Part shown: positions 8,703 to 17,566 of the stretch, one piece after another
Numbering within the stretch: position 1 is the first letter of the stretch
Layout: each line of letters opens with the position of its first letter
From: Thermomicrobiales bacterium
GTDB taxonomy: Bacteria > Chloroflexota > Chloroflexia > Thermomicrobiales > CFX8
Direction: 5' to 3'
Length of the DNA: 64,000 nucleotides
Assembly (NCBI GenBank): GCA_037045155.1
Contig: JBAOIG010000002.1
Span: 534,433-598,432, forward strand
Position numbers and translations under genes: made by a program
The notes under the pieces: model-generated
The model's input: the letters and a program-made list of their open reading frames with translations, nothing else
What the model was told of the DNA's origin: nothing
Databases searched by the model: none

Positions 8703-10043
8703 TTAGTGCTCGCCGCGCCGAACCGTCTCACCCCGTCTCGCCCCCATCGGCAGCTTCACCTCGACCGTCGTCCCCTCGCCGGCGTTCGTCTCGATCGTGA
8801 GAAGGCCGCCGACGGCTTCGGCGCGTTCGCGCATGGTGGTGAGGCCGAAGCGGGGGGTTGCGCCGCGGGCGCTTGCCACCGGGTCGAATCCCTGGCCATC
8901 GTCGGTGATGCGCGCCTCCACCCAGCCTGTGCCAAGGCCGAGCGCAACCGTCGCATGAGTCGCCCCGGCGTGCTTACGGACGTTGGCCAGCGCCTCCTGA
9001 ATGATCCGCAGGAGCTGCAGCTCGCCGGTCTCGGGCAGCGACGCCTCGAATCGGTCGCTGGGGTCGATGACGAGTGCGACCCGGATGCCACTCTGCTGCT
9101 GCCATGTCTCCAGGTAGAGCCGGAGCGTCTCGACGAACGGTCGATCGGCGTCGCCCGTTGCTCGCAGGCCAAGGATGTGTTCGCGGACGTCGGCGTAGGC
9201 GTCGCGGGCGGCCTGCCCGAGTTGGCCAACCTGGACGGTGGCGCGCTCGATCTCGCCCGCGTCGAGTAAGGCCCCGGCAGCCTGTGCCTTCGTGTTCACA
9301 TAACCAAGCACCTGAGCGACGCTGTCGTGAATCTCGCGGGCGATCCGCTCCCGCTCTTCGGCGACAGCCAGCTCGCGGACCTGATGGTGCAGCCGGGCGT
9401 TTTCGATCGCCAATGCCGCCTGGGTGGCGAAGCGAGCCAGTGTCTCCCCATCGGTCTGGTTGAACTCGAACGTCCCCACCTTTTCAGTCAGATAGAGGTT
9501 GCCGAGAACAACACCATGAGCAGCGATCGGCACAGCCAACCGGCTCTGAGCCGCAGGTTGGCCGTCCGGGTTATCCGTCGTGGCAGCATGGGCAGCCAGG
9601 TTGCCCAGAACGCTGCCGGCCGGCGGCCCGAGCGTCGAGTGCTGCTCCGGCTCCGTTCCCGAGGTCAGGAACTGCTCGATCACCCCCTGTTCGTCGAGGT
9701 ACGAGAGCGCGCCATAGCGCGCGCCAACGAGCCCCCGCGCCTCATCCACCACGCCCTGGAGGACGCGATCGAGCCGCAGGTCGCCAGTGATATCGAGCCC
9801 GGCTTCGTGGAGCGCGAGTAATTCGCGGTTGGTCTGCTCCAGCCGCTCCTGCGTGCGGTCGATGACGTTGAAGATCGTCTCCGAAAAGAAGAGGACGCCG
9901 ATCAGGATGACACCGGCCAGTAGCAGGTAGCCCGGCCAGCCGGAGAGCAGGTCGCGGAAGATCACCCGGCGGGCCAGCTCGATCGCAACGATGAACAGGA
10001 TCGGTGCAACGATCGACACCCATTTGAGGCGCTGGAGAGTCAT
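8703..10043 (-). CDS. Sensor histidine kinase (2 TM + GAF + HisKA_3 + HATPase_c)
   Basis: EIHDSVAQVLGYV is a HisKA_3 H-box. C-terminal LRIIQEALANVRKHA...DDGQGFD...GLTTMRERA is the ATPase domain. Confidence 0.9.
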   Translation of the reverse strand: MTLQRLKWVSIVAPILFIVAIELARRVIFRDLLSGWPGYLLLAGVILIGVLFFSETIFNVIDRTQERLEQTNRELLALHEAGLDITGDLRLDRVLQGVVDEARGLVGARYGALSYLDEQGVIEQFLTSGTEPEQHSTLGPPAGSVLGNLAAHAATTDNPDGQPAAQSRLAVPIAAHGVVLGNLYLTEKVGTFEFNQTDGETLARFATQAALAIENARLHHQVRELAVAEERERIAREIHDSVAQVLGYVNTKAQAAGALLDAGEIERATVQVGQLGQAARDAYADVREHILGLRATGDADRPFVETLRLYLETWQQQSGIRVALVIDPSDRFEASLPETGELQLLRIIQEALANVRKHAGATHATVALGLGTGWVEARITDDGQGFDPVASARGATPRFGLTTMRERAEAVGGLLTIETNAGEGTTVEVKLPMGARRGETVRRGEH

Positions 10044-10174
10044 TGACGACGCAACCTCCGCTCGGCAACGTGCCCGACATCCGACCCGCAGCTTGAGTGT
10101 GCCACGCCAGTTCGGACGTACAATCTCCGGGCGCCCCGGCGCGTGCCGAGGCGAAGGGGGAGGGGTTACGGACG

Positions 10175-11176
10175 ATGTCCGGCAGTTTCGCGCCGACGCT
10201 GCGAAGGCACCCGGCGCTGGTTCATCTATCGCTACTGGTGGTCGCGCTCTTCTGGGGCGTCACCTTCGTCGCCGTGAAGTACCTCGTCGAGCGTATCGGC
10301 CCGATCCACGTCCTGCTGCTGCGGGTCGGGTTCTCGTCAGCCTGTTTCGTCGTGCTGCTCGCGTTGACGCGATCGTCGGTGCCGTCGTTCCCGGCCAGCA
10401 TCTGGCGACGGATGGCGCTGATCGCGTTCGCCGGAGTAGTCATCAATAATCTGGCGATCACCTATGGCCAGAGCTACATCTCGGCGGCGCTGGCCAGCCT
10501 GATCGTCACCAGCAACCCGATCTTCACGACGGTGATCAGCAGACTGCTGCTCGGCGAGGCGCTGACGCGGCGCAAGCTGGCCGGCATCGGGCTGGCGGCG
10601 ACCGGCTTCCTCATCGTGCTGCTCTTCGGCGGGAGCGGGGCGAAGTTCTCGGTCGACAACATGATCGGCGTGCTGATCCTCGTCTGCGCGCCGTTCGGCT
10701 GGGCCTTCTACACGGTGCTCGCCAAGCCGCTGCTCGAGACGTATGAGCCACACGTGATTGCCGGCCTGACGACGATACTCGGCGCGTTGATGCTCTCGCC
10801 GCTCCTCGTGTTCAACCTCGACATCGCCGGCGACATCGCCTCCTTCGGCAGGACCGAATGGTTGGCCGCGCTCACGATGAGCGTGCTGGCGATCTTCGTC
10901 GCCTACATCCTCTGGTACCGCGGTCTTCGTGGGCTGCAGCCGACCCAGGTGGCGGTCTATATCTACCTGGTGCCCTTCTTCGGTGTCCTGTCCGCGTGGC
11001 TGTTGCTGGGTGAATCGATCACCCCCTGGCTGTTGCTGGGTGGCGGGACGATTCTTGCCGGGGTGATCGTCACCAATTCGCGTCGCCGGGTCCGATCGAC
11101 ATCGTTCGGTGAGTTTCCCGGCGAGACAGCCGCCGCCGCAAGCGATGGGCTTGCGGAGTATGATGCGCGGCGATAG
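10175..11176 (+). CDS. EamA/DMT-family transporter
   Basis: ATG 10175 after GGAGGGG. Ten hydrophobic segments. LFWGVTFVAVKY and YILWYRGL are typical EamA repeats. Confidence 0.85.
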   Translation: MSGSFAPTLRRHPALVHLSLLVVALFWGVTFVAVKYLVERIGPIHVLLLRVGFSSACFVVLLALTRSSVPSFPASIWRRMALIAFAGVVINNLAITYGQSYISAALASLIVTSNPIFTTVISRLLLGEALTRRKLAGIGLAATGFLIVLLFGGSGAKFSVDNMIGVLILVCAPFGWAFYTVLAKPLLETYEPHVIAGLTTILGALMLSPLLVFNLDIAGDIASFGRTEWLAALTMSVLAIFVAYILWYRGLRGLQPTQVAVYIYLVPFFGVLSAWLLLGESITPWLLLGGGTILAGVIVTNSRRRVRSTSFGEFPGETAAAASDGLAEYDARR

Positions 11177-11206
11177 ATGAATCGATCGCGAACGGAGGAG
11201 TTGAGA

Positions 11207-12592
11207 ATGGCCGAACGTCCTGCCTGGGAGGGCTATCTCTCGGAGCATCATGACGAGCATCTGGCGCAACTGTTCGAGCTGTTGCGCATCCCCAGCGTCA
11301 GCGCGCTACCGCAGCACGCGGGGGATGTTCGCGCTGCCGCCGAATGGGTGGCCGAAGCGCTCCGCGAGGTCGGAGTGCCAAAGGTCGAGATCATGCCGTC
11401 GAACGGCAATCCTGTCGTCTACGGTGAGTGGGTCGTCGATGCCAGCAAGCCGACTGCCCTGATCTACGGGCATTACGATGTCCAGCCTCCGGATCCGCTG
11501 GACTTGTGGGAGTCGCCGCCATTCGAGCCGACCGTGCGGAACGGCTTCGTCTACGCCCGTGGCGCGAGCGACGACAAGGGCAACCTGTTCCTGCCGATCA
11601 AGGCGCTGGAGGCGCTGGTCCAGACGCAGGGTGGGCAGCCGCCGATCAACCTGAAGTTCACGATCGAAGGTGAGGAGGAGATCGGCTCGCCGAACCTGCC
11701 GGCCTTCATTCGAGATCACGCCGATCTGCTGGCGTGCGATGTCGTCCTCTGCGCCGATGGCGGCCAGTGGGGACCGGACACGCCGTCGATCGCGACCGCT
11801 TCGAAGGGCATTTCAGCCTGCCAGGTGAATATCCGAACGGCCAACACCGATATGCACTCTGGCGGGTTCGGCGCGACGGTCGCGAACGCGGTCCAGGTCG
11901 CCGCCCAGATCGCCGCGTCGATGCATACGCCCGAGGGCAAGGTGGCGGTGCCGGGGTTCTACGACGACGTTCGGGATCTGACCGAACAGGAGAAGCGTGA
12001 GTTCGCAGAAGTGCCGTTCGACGAGGAGAAGTACAAGGCGGACCTCGATATCGACGCGCTCTGGGGCGAGCCCGGCTATACGCCGATCGAGCGCAACTGG
12101 GGCCGGCCGACGCTCGATCTGAACGGGTTCTGGGGCGGCTTCCAGGGTGAGGGGATCAAGACCGTCACCCCATGCGAAGCGCACTTCAAGATTACTTGCC
12201 GGCTGGTGGCGAACCAGGAGCCACAGAAGATCCTCGCCGCGATCCAGCAGCACGTCCAGAACGTCTGCCCGCCGGGCGCAAAGGCGGAGGTCGTCCCATT
12301 TCCCGGCTCGGCCCGCCCGTTCATGATCCGTCGCGATCACCCGGCGCTGGTAGCGGCCGAAGAAGTGCTCGGCGACCTCTACGATCGCGACCCATATGTC
12401 GTCCGCGTCGGCGGAACGCTGCCGGTCGCCGAGGTCTATCAGACCGCGCTGGGCGCCGACATGGTCTTCTATTCATTCGGCATGCCGGGCAGCCGCGTCC
12501 ACGCGCCGAACGAGAGCTTCGGCATCCAGGAGTCGTTTGTCCAGGGCCGGCGCGCCTACTGCGCCTTGCTGAATCGGTTGGCGGAGGGATGA
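11207..12592 (+). CDS. M20-family dipeptidase
   Basis: ATG 11207 after GGAGGAG. LIYGHYDVQPPDPLDLW...ARGASDDKGN...IEGEEEIGS are the M20 metal-ligand motifs. Confidence 0.85.
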   Translation: MAERPAWEGYLSEHHDEHLAQLFELLRIPSVSALPQHAGDVRAAAEWVAEALREVGVPKVEIMPSNGNPVVYGEWVVDASKPTALIYGHYDVQPPDPLDLWESPPFEPTVRNGFVYARGASDDKGNLFLPIKALEALVQTQGGQPPINLKFTIEGEEEIGSPNLPAFIRDHADLLACDVVLCADGGQWGPDTPSIATASKGISACQVNIRTANTDMHSGGFGATVANAVQVAAQIAASMHTPEGKVAVPGFYDDVRDLTEQEKREFAEVPFDEEKYKADLDIDALWGEPGYTPIERNWGRPTLDLNGFWGGFQGEGIKTVTPCEAHFKITCRLVANQEPQKILAAIQQHVQNVCPPGAKAEVVPFPGSARPFMIRRDHPALVAAEEVLGDLYDRDPYVVRVGGTLPVAEVYQTALGADMVFYSFGMPGSRVHAPNESFGIQESFVQGRRAYCALLNRLAEG

Positions 12593-12631
12593 GGCGGGGC
12601 TGATCTCGACCTCACGCCTGTATCCCGAGTC

Positions 12632-13432
12632 TCACCCCATCACCCGCAGACGCGCGACGAAGACAGGCGGGATATCGGGGTAGCTGAGCCAGGAGAGCGG
12701 GCGTTCGGGGTTGGGCGGGGTGGTGAAGCTCGGCTCCTCGACTCCGTCCATGACCAGCCCGTGGCGAAACGCCACGCCGAGCAGCTCGCTGAGTGGGCGA
12801 TGGAAATACCAGTGCGGGGCCGGTTCCCCAGGCATCCCGACCCCGCGCCCTGGTGGCAGCGTCAGGTAGCGCGAGATCTTCAGCGAGCTGGTTCGGCGTC
12901 CGTTTGCGTCCTCCTCGACGACCATTCGCACGTCATTCGAGTTGAAGCACGGGTGCTGGACGGCGAGGACGAAGCGTCCGCCCGGCCGCATCAGCCGCGG
13001 CACAGCGGCGAGTAGCGGGTCGATGTCCGGCATGTCCATCAACCCCATCAGGCAGGTGATGGCGTCGTAGCGTCCATCGCCGAGCGCGGCAAGTTGGCCG
13101 GGGTCTGTCGCGTCAACCTCACGAAGCTCGATCTGGCCTGCGATCTCCGGCAACGTCTCGATACGCTGGCGGGCGAGCGCGAGGAAACGCGCGCTGAAGT
13201 CGGTCGCTACGACCCGCGCGCCGAGTGTCGCCAATCGGCGGGCAAGCTGCCCGTTGCCGCAGGCGATATCGAGAACCAGCTCGCCCGGCCGGATATCCAG
13301 CAACCGCTCGACCGCCGGACCGACGAGCTCGCGGTGGAACAGGTTGCCCTCGCCCATCTGCGTGTCCCAGTAATCCGCCTTGGCATCCCAGATCTCGCGG
13401 GTCTCCTCGACCGGGACGACGATATCGGTCAT
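12632..13432 (-). CDS. Class I SAM-dependent methyltransferase
   Basis: Internal ATG 13432 (MTDIVVP...). VLDIACGNGQLARRLA is motif I. The upstream part of the track ORF was rejected. Confidence 0.85.
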   Translation of the reverse strand: MTDIVVPVEETREIWDAKADYWDTQMGEGNLFHRELVGPAVERLLDIRPGELVLDIACGNGQLARRLATLGARVVATDFSARFLALARQRIETLPEIAGQIELREVDATDPGQLAALGDGRYDAITCLMGLMDMPDIDPLLAAVPRLMRPGGRFVLAVQHPCFNSNDVRMVVEEDANGRRTSSLKISRYLTLPPGRGVGMPGEPAPHWYFHRPLSELLGVAFRHGLVMDGVEEPSFTTPPNPERPLSWLSYPDIPPVFVARLRVMG

Positions 13433-13553
13433 CGTACGCGCTCCTTTGGTAACCGTAGAAAACCGGGCCGGCAGGATAGCATGTCGAGAAGACGCGACGC
13501 CCCCGACAAGCTGCCGGGGGCGTCGCTGGGCCTGGTGGGTATCGGCGCGGAGG

Positions 13554-15491
13554 CTACTTCTCTGCGTACCAGTTGGCGAGGTCGTAGACCGCCATCTCCC
13601 ACGACGAGGGAGTGTGGCCCTTGATGCGGTTCGAGAAGCCGGACAGGCCGGCGCGGTGGACCAGGCCGATTCGGACAACCTCGTTGATGACCAGGTCGTT
13701 CATCGCGATGAACAGCTTGGCCTGCTTATCCGAATCCAGCTCCGTGGCCGCCTCGGCGTACAGCTTGTTGAAGTCCTCGTTGACCCAGCGATTGTAGTTG
13801 TTGCCGGACCAGTTGTTGGACTTCTGGGCGAGGTCGGTCGCCGGCTCGTTCGACTTGAACGCGGACATGTAGTCCAGCGGGAACGGGCTGGTCGGGCCGT
13901 TGGTAAACATCGAGATGTCGGCGTAGAAGTGAGCAACGGTGTCCGGGTTGCCGGCGTCGGACGAGAAGTAGACGCCCGCGTCGATCGCCTTCAGCTCGAC
14001 TGCGACGCCGATCTGCTCCCACGACTGCTTGATGATCTCCTGGGTCTTCTGGCGGATCGGGCTGGTGGTCGTGATGAAGGTGAGCGACAGCTCCTTGCCG
14101 TTCATCTTGCGCGTCTTGCCATCCAGCTTGGCGCCGGCCTCGTCGAGAAGGGCGGCGGCCTTGGTCAGATCGTACTCGGTCGACGTGTTCGGCGAGTTGA
14201 ACGGGGCCGGTGCGACGAGTGTGTTCGCCGTCGGCGAGCCGCCGTCACCGTAGAGCTGGCCGGCGATCGTGTCCTGGTCGGTCGCCATCCGCAGCGCGTC
14301 GCGGACCTTATCGTCAGAGAAGAACGGGTGCTTCGTGCTCGGCTCCGAGCGAGCGCCGTCGACCTCGGTGTTCGGGTCGGCGAAGTTCACCAGCAGCTGT
14401 TCGACGCTCAGGCCAGGGTTCACCTGCACCCTGCCGGTCGTCGCCGCGGTCTTCATCTGATCCAGGACCGACTTCTCGACTTGCAGGTTCCACGAGTAGT
14501 CGGTCTCGCCGGTCTGGAGGACCGCGCGAGCCGCGGCGACGGCATCGCCACCACCCTTGAGCTCGACGGTGCTGAAGAACGGCTTGTCCGCCTCGCGGTA
14601 ATTCTCGTTGACCTCATAGAGGACCGTGTCGCCGGGTCGGAACTCCTTGACCTTGTAGGGGCCAGTGCCGACCGGGTTGAGGTTGAACGGAGCGTTGCGC
14701 GCCGCCGCGCCGAGGACATCCTTCAGCAGGTGCTGCGGCAGGACCGCGCCGTAGTAGGCGGCGGCGAACGGCGTGAACCACCCGGGATTCGGCTCTGCGA
14801 ACTTCAGCGTCACCGTGTGGTCGTCGACAATCTCGACGTCGGAGATCAGGCTGTAGGTCGCGAACGTCGTCGATGCGACATCCGCGTTCGTCGCGAACTG
14901 CCAGGTGAACTTGACGTCCTCGGCAGTGAACGGCTCGCCGTCTGACCAGGTGACGCCCTGCTTCAGCTTATACGTGACGCTCTTGCCGTCGGCCGCGATG
15001 CCGCCGTTCTCGAGCGTCGGAACCTCGGCAGCCAGGCATGCCTGCGGCTTGCCCTCCATGTCGAGGTTGATCAGCGGCTCGAGGATGAGGCGGGAGGCGA
15101 GGCCGTCCTTGTCACCCTGCGAGAAATGGTTGTTGAGGATTGTCGGCGCCTGCCAGACGAGCAATCGCAGCCGATCGCCAGCGCCACGCCCGTGGCCGGC
15201 CGTCTCGCCACCACCGGAGGTCGAGCCCTCGGGGGTCGACTCTGTCCCGGCCGGGGTGCCCGCCGACTCGGCGGTCGTCGCGGTTGCGGACGTCCCACCG
15301 GTCGTGCCAGATTCCTTCGTTGCGGGAACCGAGGTCGCCTTATCGTCGCTTCCGCAGGCGGCCAGCAGGCCGGCAATCACCGGGGCGCTCAGCCCGAGCG
15401 CCGCGCCACGCTTGAGGATTTGCCGGCGGTCCATACGGCCGGCGAGGACGTCGTGCTGTAGTGACACGAGATCCTCTCGAAGATCCGTCAT
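13554..15491 (-). CDS. ABC transporter substrate-binding protein, family 5 (peptide/nickel type), Tat/lipoprotein signal
   Basis: RRQILKRGAALGLSAPVIAGLLAACGS signal, then a Thr/Ser/Gly linker and an SBP_bac_5-like body (VTWSDGEPFTAEDVKFTW). Confidence 0.9.
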   Translation of the reverse strand: MTDLREDLVSLQHDVLAGRMDRRQILKRGAALGLSAPVIAGLLAACGSDDKATSVPATKESGTTGGTSATATTAESAGTPAGTESTPEGSTSGGGETAGHGRGAGDRLRLLVWQAPTILNNHFSQGDKDGLASRLILEPLINLDMEGKPQACLAAEVPTLENGGIAADGKSVTYKLKQGVTWSDGEPFTAEDVKFTWQFATNADVASTTFATYSLISDVEIVDDHTVTLKFAEPNPGWFTPFAAAYYGAVLPQHLLKDVLGAAARNAPFNLNPVGTGPYKVKEFRPGDTVLYEVNENYREADKPFFSTVELKGGGDAVAAARAVLQTGETDYSWNLQVEKSVLDQMKTAATTGRVQVNPGLSVEQLLVNFADPNTEVDGARSEPSTKHPFFSDDKVRDALRMATDQDTIAGQLYGDGGSPTANTLVAPAPFNSPNTSTEYDLTKAAALLDEAGAKLDGKTRKMNGKELSLTFITTTSPIRQKTQEIIKQSWEQIGVAVELKAIDAGVYFSSDAGNPDTVAHFYADISMFTNGPTSPFPLDYMSAFKSNEPATDLAQKSNNWSGNNYNRWVNEDFNKLYAEAATELDSDKQAKLFIAMNDLVINEVVRIGLVHRAGLSGFSNRIKGHTPSSWEMAVYDLANWYAEK

Positions 15492-15633
15492 TCGGTGTGT
15501 CTCCTGACTTACCCCTCTTGGCCCGAGCGATCCCGAGCCGCGCAGATCCGACCGGCCTGGCTATGGCCGGGGGTCCGCCACAGAGGGTAGCCGACCGAGA
15601 GCAGGAGCGCAACCGCTTATACAGATATCATCA

Positions 15634-16341
15634 TCAGTGCGTAGCCCGACCGGCGCTGGCGATCGACTGGTCCAGCATCCTCCGGTAGACGTCCAGGCAG
15701 GCGTCTCCGGCGCAGGGGGCCGGCCGGATCGCGCGCGGGCGGAACCCGTGCTCCTCGTCGAGATCGACCTCCGGCAGGCCGGGGTTGCTGATCTGCGTGC
15801 CGTCGGGCAGCACGAAGGTCGGGCTGCCATCGACCTTCACCGTTTCCCACCCGGCGCGGGCCTCGGCGACGACCTGCTGCTTCGCCACGCCGGAGTCGAA
15901 ATCGACGGTGAAGCGCTCGACGTCCAGCCCCGCCTCGCCGGCCAGCTCGATCAGCACGTGGCGCATCGAGACGCAGCGGCTCTCGCCGAAGAAGGCGACG
16001 CGGATGCGCCAGTCGAGCTCGTCGGCCAGCGCCAGGCTCTGCCGCTCCGCGCACTTCACCGCCTCGAAGGCCGGCCACATCGTCACCGGCCAGGCGCTGT
16101 CCGGCGCGGCCCACGGCTGCCAGGGGATGTCCGGCTCCTCGAGCATCAGGATCGGCAGCTCCATGTCGAGCACCCGCTTCGGCGTCGTCTCGCGGTTGAC
16201 GTACTCCAGCGCCAGCGAGCGATGCGCGACCTCGACCCGCCCGGCGTACTCCTCGCGCAGCTTCCTCAGCCGGTACGCCGCGAGGTAGGCATAGGGGCAG
16301 TACAGATCGGCGTACATCTCGATCGTCGTGGCGGTAGACAT
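15634..16341 (-). CDS. DsbA-family thioredoxin-fold oxidoreductase (FrnE/HCCA-isomerase-like)
   Basis: IEMYADLYCPYAYLA active-site region near the N-terminus, and GSPTFVL near the C-terminal part. Confidence 0.8.
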   Translation of the reverse strand: MSTATTIEMYADLYCPYAYLAAYRLRKLREEYAGRVEVAHRSLALEYVNRETTPKRVLDMELPILMLEEPDIPWQPWAAPDSAWPVTMWPAFEAVKCAERQSLALADELDWRIRVAFFGESRCVSMRHVLIELAGEAGLDVERFTVDFDSGVAKQQVVAEARAGWETVKVDGSPTFVLPDGTQISNPGLPEVDLDEEHGFRPRAIRPAPCAGDACLDVYRRMLDQSIASAGRATH

Positions 16342-16356
16342 GGCAGGCGCTCCTTC

Positions 16357-16785
16357 TCAACTCGTGGTTGAGAGTACCACCGCTTCCGCCTGCGCGAGTC
16401 GCTTCGTCATCCGCTGCTCGGTGTCGCCCCCCGACAGCAGCATCACGACGTACTGGTTCAGGCTCACCCCCTCGCGCCCAGCCGACTCGGCCAGCCGCCG
16501 GTGCAGCGAGCGCGGCAGGCGCACGACGAACTTGCCGCTGTACTCCTCGGGGTAGGAGGGCAGGGGGATATCGATACCGTGCTCGTAGGCCGCTTCGATC
16601 CAGAGCGACCGCGCCCCTTCGGCCATCGGCGCAACATCATCGAGCGAATCCGCTTGCGTCAGGCAGCCCTTGAGGTCTGGGAACTCAATGACGTACCCGC
16701 CATCGGGGTCGGCAAGAACGTTGAACGGATACTCCAAGTGGAGATACTCATCGAGCGTCAAGCGTGTTGAGGTGTTCATGGTCAA
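16357..16785 (-). CDS. hicB: HicB-family antitoxin (HicB N-domain + RHH), no adjacent HicA
   Basis: GGYVIEFPDLKGCLTQADSLDD...EYSGKFVVRLPRSLHRRLAESAGREGVSLNQYVVMLL. Confidence 0.8.
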   Translation of the reverse strand: MTMNTSTRLTLDEYLHLEYPFNVLADPDGGYVIEFPDLKGCLTQADSLDDVAPMAEGARSLWIEAAYEHGIDIPLPSYPEEYSGKFVVRLPRSLHRRLAESAGREGVSLNQYVVMLLSGGDTEQRMTKRLAQAEAVVLSTTS

Positions 16786-16851
16786 TCACCCAGGTCTAGT
16801 AGCCCATGCATCCTCGGAACCAGCTTTTCGTCCCACGATGTTTCGCCATCG

Positions 16852-16865
16852 CTATAGTACTAGAG
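16852..16865. promoter_or_regulatory. Near-perfect 14-bp palindrome CTATAGTACTAGAG upstream of hicB (candidate RHH operator / -10 region)
   Basis: Read directly. The core TAGTACTA is a perfect palindrome about 70 nt upstream of the hicB ATG. Confidence 0.25.
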
Positions 16866-16921
16866 ACGATATCAGTTCACTAGCTGTTGCGAGAGTTCGT
16901 GGGTGGGCACGGCGCCCATGG

Positions 16922-17527
16922 TCAGCTGACAGCCCCGCCCGACCCCTCGAACAACGCCGCGACCGGGACGCGGATTGGCAGCGTGGGCGACACCAGCTCG
17001 ACGTCAGCCGTGAACTGGCGCACCTCGGTGTAGTCGGACAGGCTGGCGTCCGGGTGAGAGCAGACGAGGACATCGCGCTGGCTTGGGCGGACAATCCAGT
17101 ATTCGGGGACGCCGGCCCGGGCGTAGGCGGCGCGCTTGACAACGGTGTCCATCTCCGGGTTGCTGGGCGATAGCACCTCGGCGATCAGGTCGGGCACACC
17201 ACGGATACGGCCGTCCCCGGCGATGATCGACGCGCGTTCTCGGCGAATCAGCAGGAAGTCGGGCTGAACAGGATCGGCGCCCGGCATGATGACGCCGACC
17301 GGCGCCATGACACCGTCAGCAATACCACGTGTTTCCAGCGGTAGTGCGACGTGCTGGTGCAACCGACCAACGGTGCGTTGATGCCAGTAGCTCGGCGCAG
17401 TGGACATGTACAGCACCCCGTCAATAACTTCGTAGCGATTGCCGTCGTCCGGCAGTCGCTCCCACCGCTCGTAGCACCACGAAGCGTCGCGGGATTGGAG
17501 CAACAGGTCGATCTCACTGACGGTCAT
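16922..17527 (-). CDS. Uma2-family (DUF820) restriction-endonuclease-fold protein
   Basis: YEVIDGVLYMSTAPS..HQ...PDFLLI...PDLIAEVLSPSN...YARAGVPEYWIV. Confidence 0.85.
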   Translation of the reverse strand: MTVSEIDLLLQSRDASWCYERWERLPDDGNRYEVIDGVLYMSTAPSYWHQRTVGRLHQHVALPLETRGIADGVMAPVGVIMPGADPVQPDFLLIRRERASIIAGDGRIRGVPDLIAEVLSPSNPEMDTVVKRAAYARAGVPEYWIVRPSQRDVLVCSHPDASLSDYTEVRQFTADVELVSPTLPIRVPVAALFEGSGGAVS

Positions 17528-17566
17528 GTTGGCGCGCTCCTCTCCGGGTATCGTGTCGAACTCCGT

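Noticed and set aside
10150-10170. GGCGAAGGGGGAGGGGTTAC resembling the right end of the palindromic element
   Set aside because: No matching C-arm or hairpin is nearby. It is probably just the G-rich SD of the EamA gene, or at most a very old fragment.
13380-14945. 521-aa plus-strand ORF
   Set aside because: It is antisense to the well-supported SBP gene (13554-15491). Its Arg/Val/Gly/Asp-rich low-complexity translation is typical of shadow ORFs in GC-rich DNA.
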